Positions 61,491-64,000 of a DNA stretch of 64,000 nucleotides are shown here, piece after piece. Source of the stretch: Podarcis filfolensis (lineage: Eukaryota); the NCBI GenBank assembly GCA_964270895.1, contig OZ185441.1. One strand, written 5' to 3'. Each line of letters opens with the position of its first letter. The first letter of the stretch is position 1. The notes beneath the pieces were generated by a model. It made no database searches, was not told where the DNA came from, and saw only the letters and a list, made by a program, of their open reading frames with translations. The translations under genes and the position numbers were made by a program.

Positions 61491-61862
61491 AGGTCAGGAT
61501 TGCACCATTTTCAAGGATGTATTGGATGCTGTGGAAGAGTGGAGTCTCGCAAGGTAGGTACTAATTCAAGTCAGACACTAGATATATAAAACCATACTTT
61601 CAGATTCAGTGTTTAGCGTCCATTACACACCACCAACATCCAGTTCCATTCTCAGAAGTCACTAACATGAATTATGGCTTTATCACTGAAACAGGATGTA
61701 TTCCTAGCTACATTTCCAAGCAGCAGTAGTTTGCTTGCATATTCTATTCCGTGGTGTTCACATTGCCAGGGCAGTAGGGAGCGTTCCTAAGAGTCGGCAC
61801 CTCCTTTTTCAAGCAACCCAGAGAAGACAGCAGCAAATAGCCACTGGGTTTTTAAGCAGCAG

Positions 61863-62000
61863 AATCACAAGAACTGTAGAGTTGGATGGAACTACAAGGG
61901 TTATCTAGTCCAACCCCCATAAAATGCAATAATATTTCGCCCAATGTGGGGCTCAAACCCATGAGAGTAAGAGTCTCATGGTCTACAGACTGATTTACCC
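61863..62000 (-). mobile_element. tRNA-Lys(CTT)-headed SINE-like element with CR1 tail (second copy)
   Basis: Minus strand ...GTAGACCATGAGACTCTTACTCTCATGGGTTTGAGCCCCACATTGGGCGAAA...GGGGGTTGGACTAGATAACCC...CCAACTCTACAGTTCT. Confidence 0.75.
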
Positions 62001-62460
62001 CTGATATGAGGTGGGGGTGATCATTTGAATGAGGGGTGCTTCTTACAATCAGGGTTGACCAGTGGAGACTGGTTCATTAGGGGGCTTGAGGCACTGCCCC
62101 ACTGCTCCTAGTTTGCTATCACCCAGCCCCCACCTGCCTGCTTTCATACTTATCACCAGTCCGGGGATGGCAATGGCTGTCAGCGTCCTCCTCAGTCTCA
62201 GTGTTGTTTCCTCCCAGCGAGGTGGGGGGGGGGGGAGTAGAATTAGCTGCCTCTTCCTGTCATGGCCAATGGCTCTGCCTACTGTTGGTCTCCCAGCCTT
62301 CTGCTCTGCCAGTCTCAGTAGGTATCACCCACCATTGGAACAGAAGCAGGTATACAACCCTCTTCAATAAGGATGCCCACTTCAGTTCTGCTCAAGTCCT
62401 CTGCTACCCTGTACCTCTCTTCACAGTAAATCCACCCTCCCCAGAAGAAGGAATTGTAGG

Positions 62461-62566
62461 CAGGGTTTTTTTCCAGCTGGAACTCAGTTCTGGCACCTCT
62501 CAGGTGGGCGTTATTGCCATTATAAGGGTGAGTTCTGGCACCTCTTTTTCTAGAAAAATAGCACTG
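62461..62566. mobile_element. hAT-type MITE (CAGTGCTTTT family, reverse orientation)
   Basis: Ends CAGGGTTTTTTT / AAAAATAGCACTG; TSD ATTGTAGG / AATGTAGG. Confidence 0.75.
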
Positions 62567-63149
62567 AATGTAGGTCTAGATGGATTGCGTCAATTGGACT
62601 GACCCAACATTTCTTTTGAATGGTTGAATTTCCCCCTCAACACTTTTTGAACTTAGCCAGGAGTGCTCAACGGACCCACTTGATTTTGAGGCCAAACATT
62701 CTATGGCTTTCTGACCTCTCCTGCTATCTACATACAGGTAGGAGGTTCACTCAGAAGCACTTCCAGGGGTGAAGTGCCACAGGGAATGAATCCACACAAC
62801 TTGGAATCCTTTCCTCAAGGTCAGAATAGTGACCCAATAGAAGGAGGCGTTTTGTTACCAGTGGTGGTGGAATAGACTGTGCCAGTTTCAGATTGTGGAC
62901 TGAGGAAGGGATATCATTTTCGAATATCCCATTATACTAAGTTTTTTGTTGTTTGTTTGTTTTTTTGTAAACTATTTACGAGTAGCAAATTTGCTGCCTG
63001 CCCTAAAAAAAGGTTCCTCTTTAATGCGCTAAATGTTTTGATTTCAGGTTGGTCCCTTTTTGTTTTAAATTGGCGCTCTCTCACCTGCAGTCTAAAGTGG
63101 TGCAGTCCATTCTACCGCCCAATTTCCCTGCAGGTGTAGACCGGCAAGG

Positions 63150-64000
63150 TAGGTAAAGCAACATGGGGACGCTGTAGGGAACCAACTCCGAATTAAGCTT
63201 TTTTTTTTTTTTAAAAAAGAGCATATTGGCGCGGCCTTGGTGGAAGTTAGCCGTGGGGACTGGAGGAGTGCCGTGGAGTTTTCCGGACGCTACTTGCTCG
63301 GGCAGGCGCTGTTCTGTAAGGGGCCTAAAGGGAGACCCGGCCGCAACTCGTTGCTCAAGAACAAGGCGCGGTCGGAACTCGGAACATCTTCAACTTCTTG
63401 CGCACGTGCGCACAAAGGGATCATTTGGCGCCGCGACGCGCTCCCCCTCCTCCTTGGGGTTAACAACGCCTTTCCTCGTGGTATCCAAAACAAAGCGCGC
63501 GCAGGCCATTGGAAAGAGAGGAAGAATCAGTCTACCCTTGTGGACTTTCCCCAACTTCCAGGCTCGCTAAGATCCACATCCCCTTCCCCCACCCCGCTTC
63601 TAAGACTTGTTTGCTGAGGGGTCTTAGTTTTTAAAGAGCGAAATCGTTACAGCATGGCATGGAGGATTGCACAATGCAATAGAATAGCGGCGGCTCGGGG
63701 GGCGGGCGCCTTAATTTTTCCTTTTGTGTCCTTTTCACGTCTCCGCAACGAGGCACCCGACTTGGGTAAAAGTTGCAGAAGCGGGATCGACGTGAGAAAA
63801 AAGTTAAACGCAAAGGAAGCCGAGCTCTTGGCTGCGCCTTTGTTTGGTGCCGGGGGACGCGAGGAGCGGGCGGGCGAGGGGGAGCCACTTAGCTCAGATA
63901 GACGGACCCGGCGCAATTGCATTGTTTTCTCCTCCTCCTCCCCCCGCCGCCCGGTCCAACCGTTTGGAAGAGGAAGGAGGAGAAAGCGGAAGGGGTTATC
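63150..64000. promoter_or_regulatory. Non-coding CpG island ~24 kb downstream of the SOX4 stop (continues beyond window)
   Basis: Dense CpG and GC boxes (GGGCGGGCG, CCCCGCCGCCC); no coherent CDS. Confidence 0.75.

Overview
Vertebrate non-coding-rich genomic DNA; the repeat content (Sauria SINEs, CR1/L2/L1 LINEs, hAT and Tc1/mariner MITEs) points to a squamate, probably a lacertid lizard (inference). The only host protein-coding gene is the intronless SoxC transcription factor SOX4 (37674-38972, +, 432 aa), with a CCAAT/GC-box promoter (~36660-36830), a long leader containing uORFs, and a ~2.6 kb 3' UTR (158-N assembly gap inside) ending at AATAAA 41535-41540. Two further CpG islands lack coding sequence: ~23770-25470 (strong minus-strand splice donors) and ~63150-64000 (runs off the window); both are candidate lncRNA promoters or enhancers. 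The rest is intergenic DNA with many transposon insertions. The most distinctive structures are (i) a 129-nt 3'-truncated, polyadenylated U2 snRNA retrocopy with its own 14-16 bp TSD inside the RT region of a 5'-truncated RTE-X-like LINE, which has its own 11-bp TSD; (ii) a young 5'-truncated L1 with an open 628-codon ORF2 whose 3' TSD is also the insertion site of a Sauria SINE; and (iii) SINE-like composites joining different tRNA heads (Lys-CTT, Asn-GTT) to CR1-type tails. I found no convincing evidence of a wholly new enzymatic or defence-type system. Repeat family names come from pattern recognition, not database searches.
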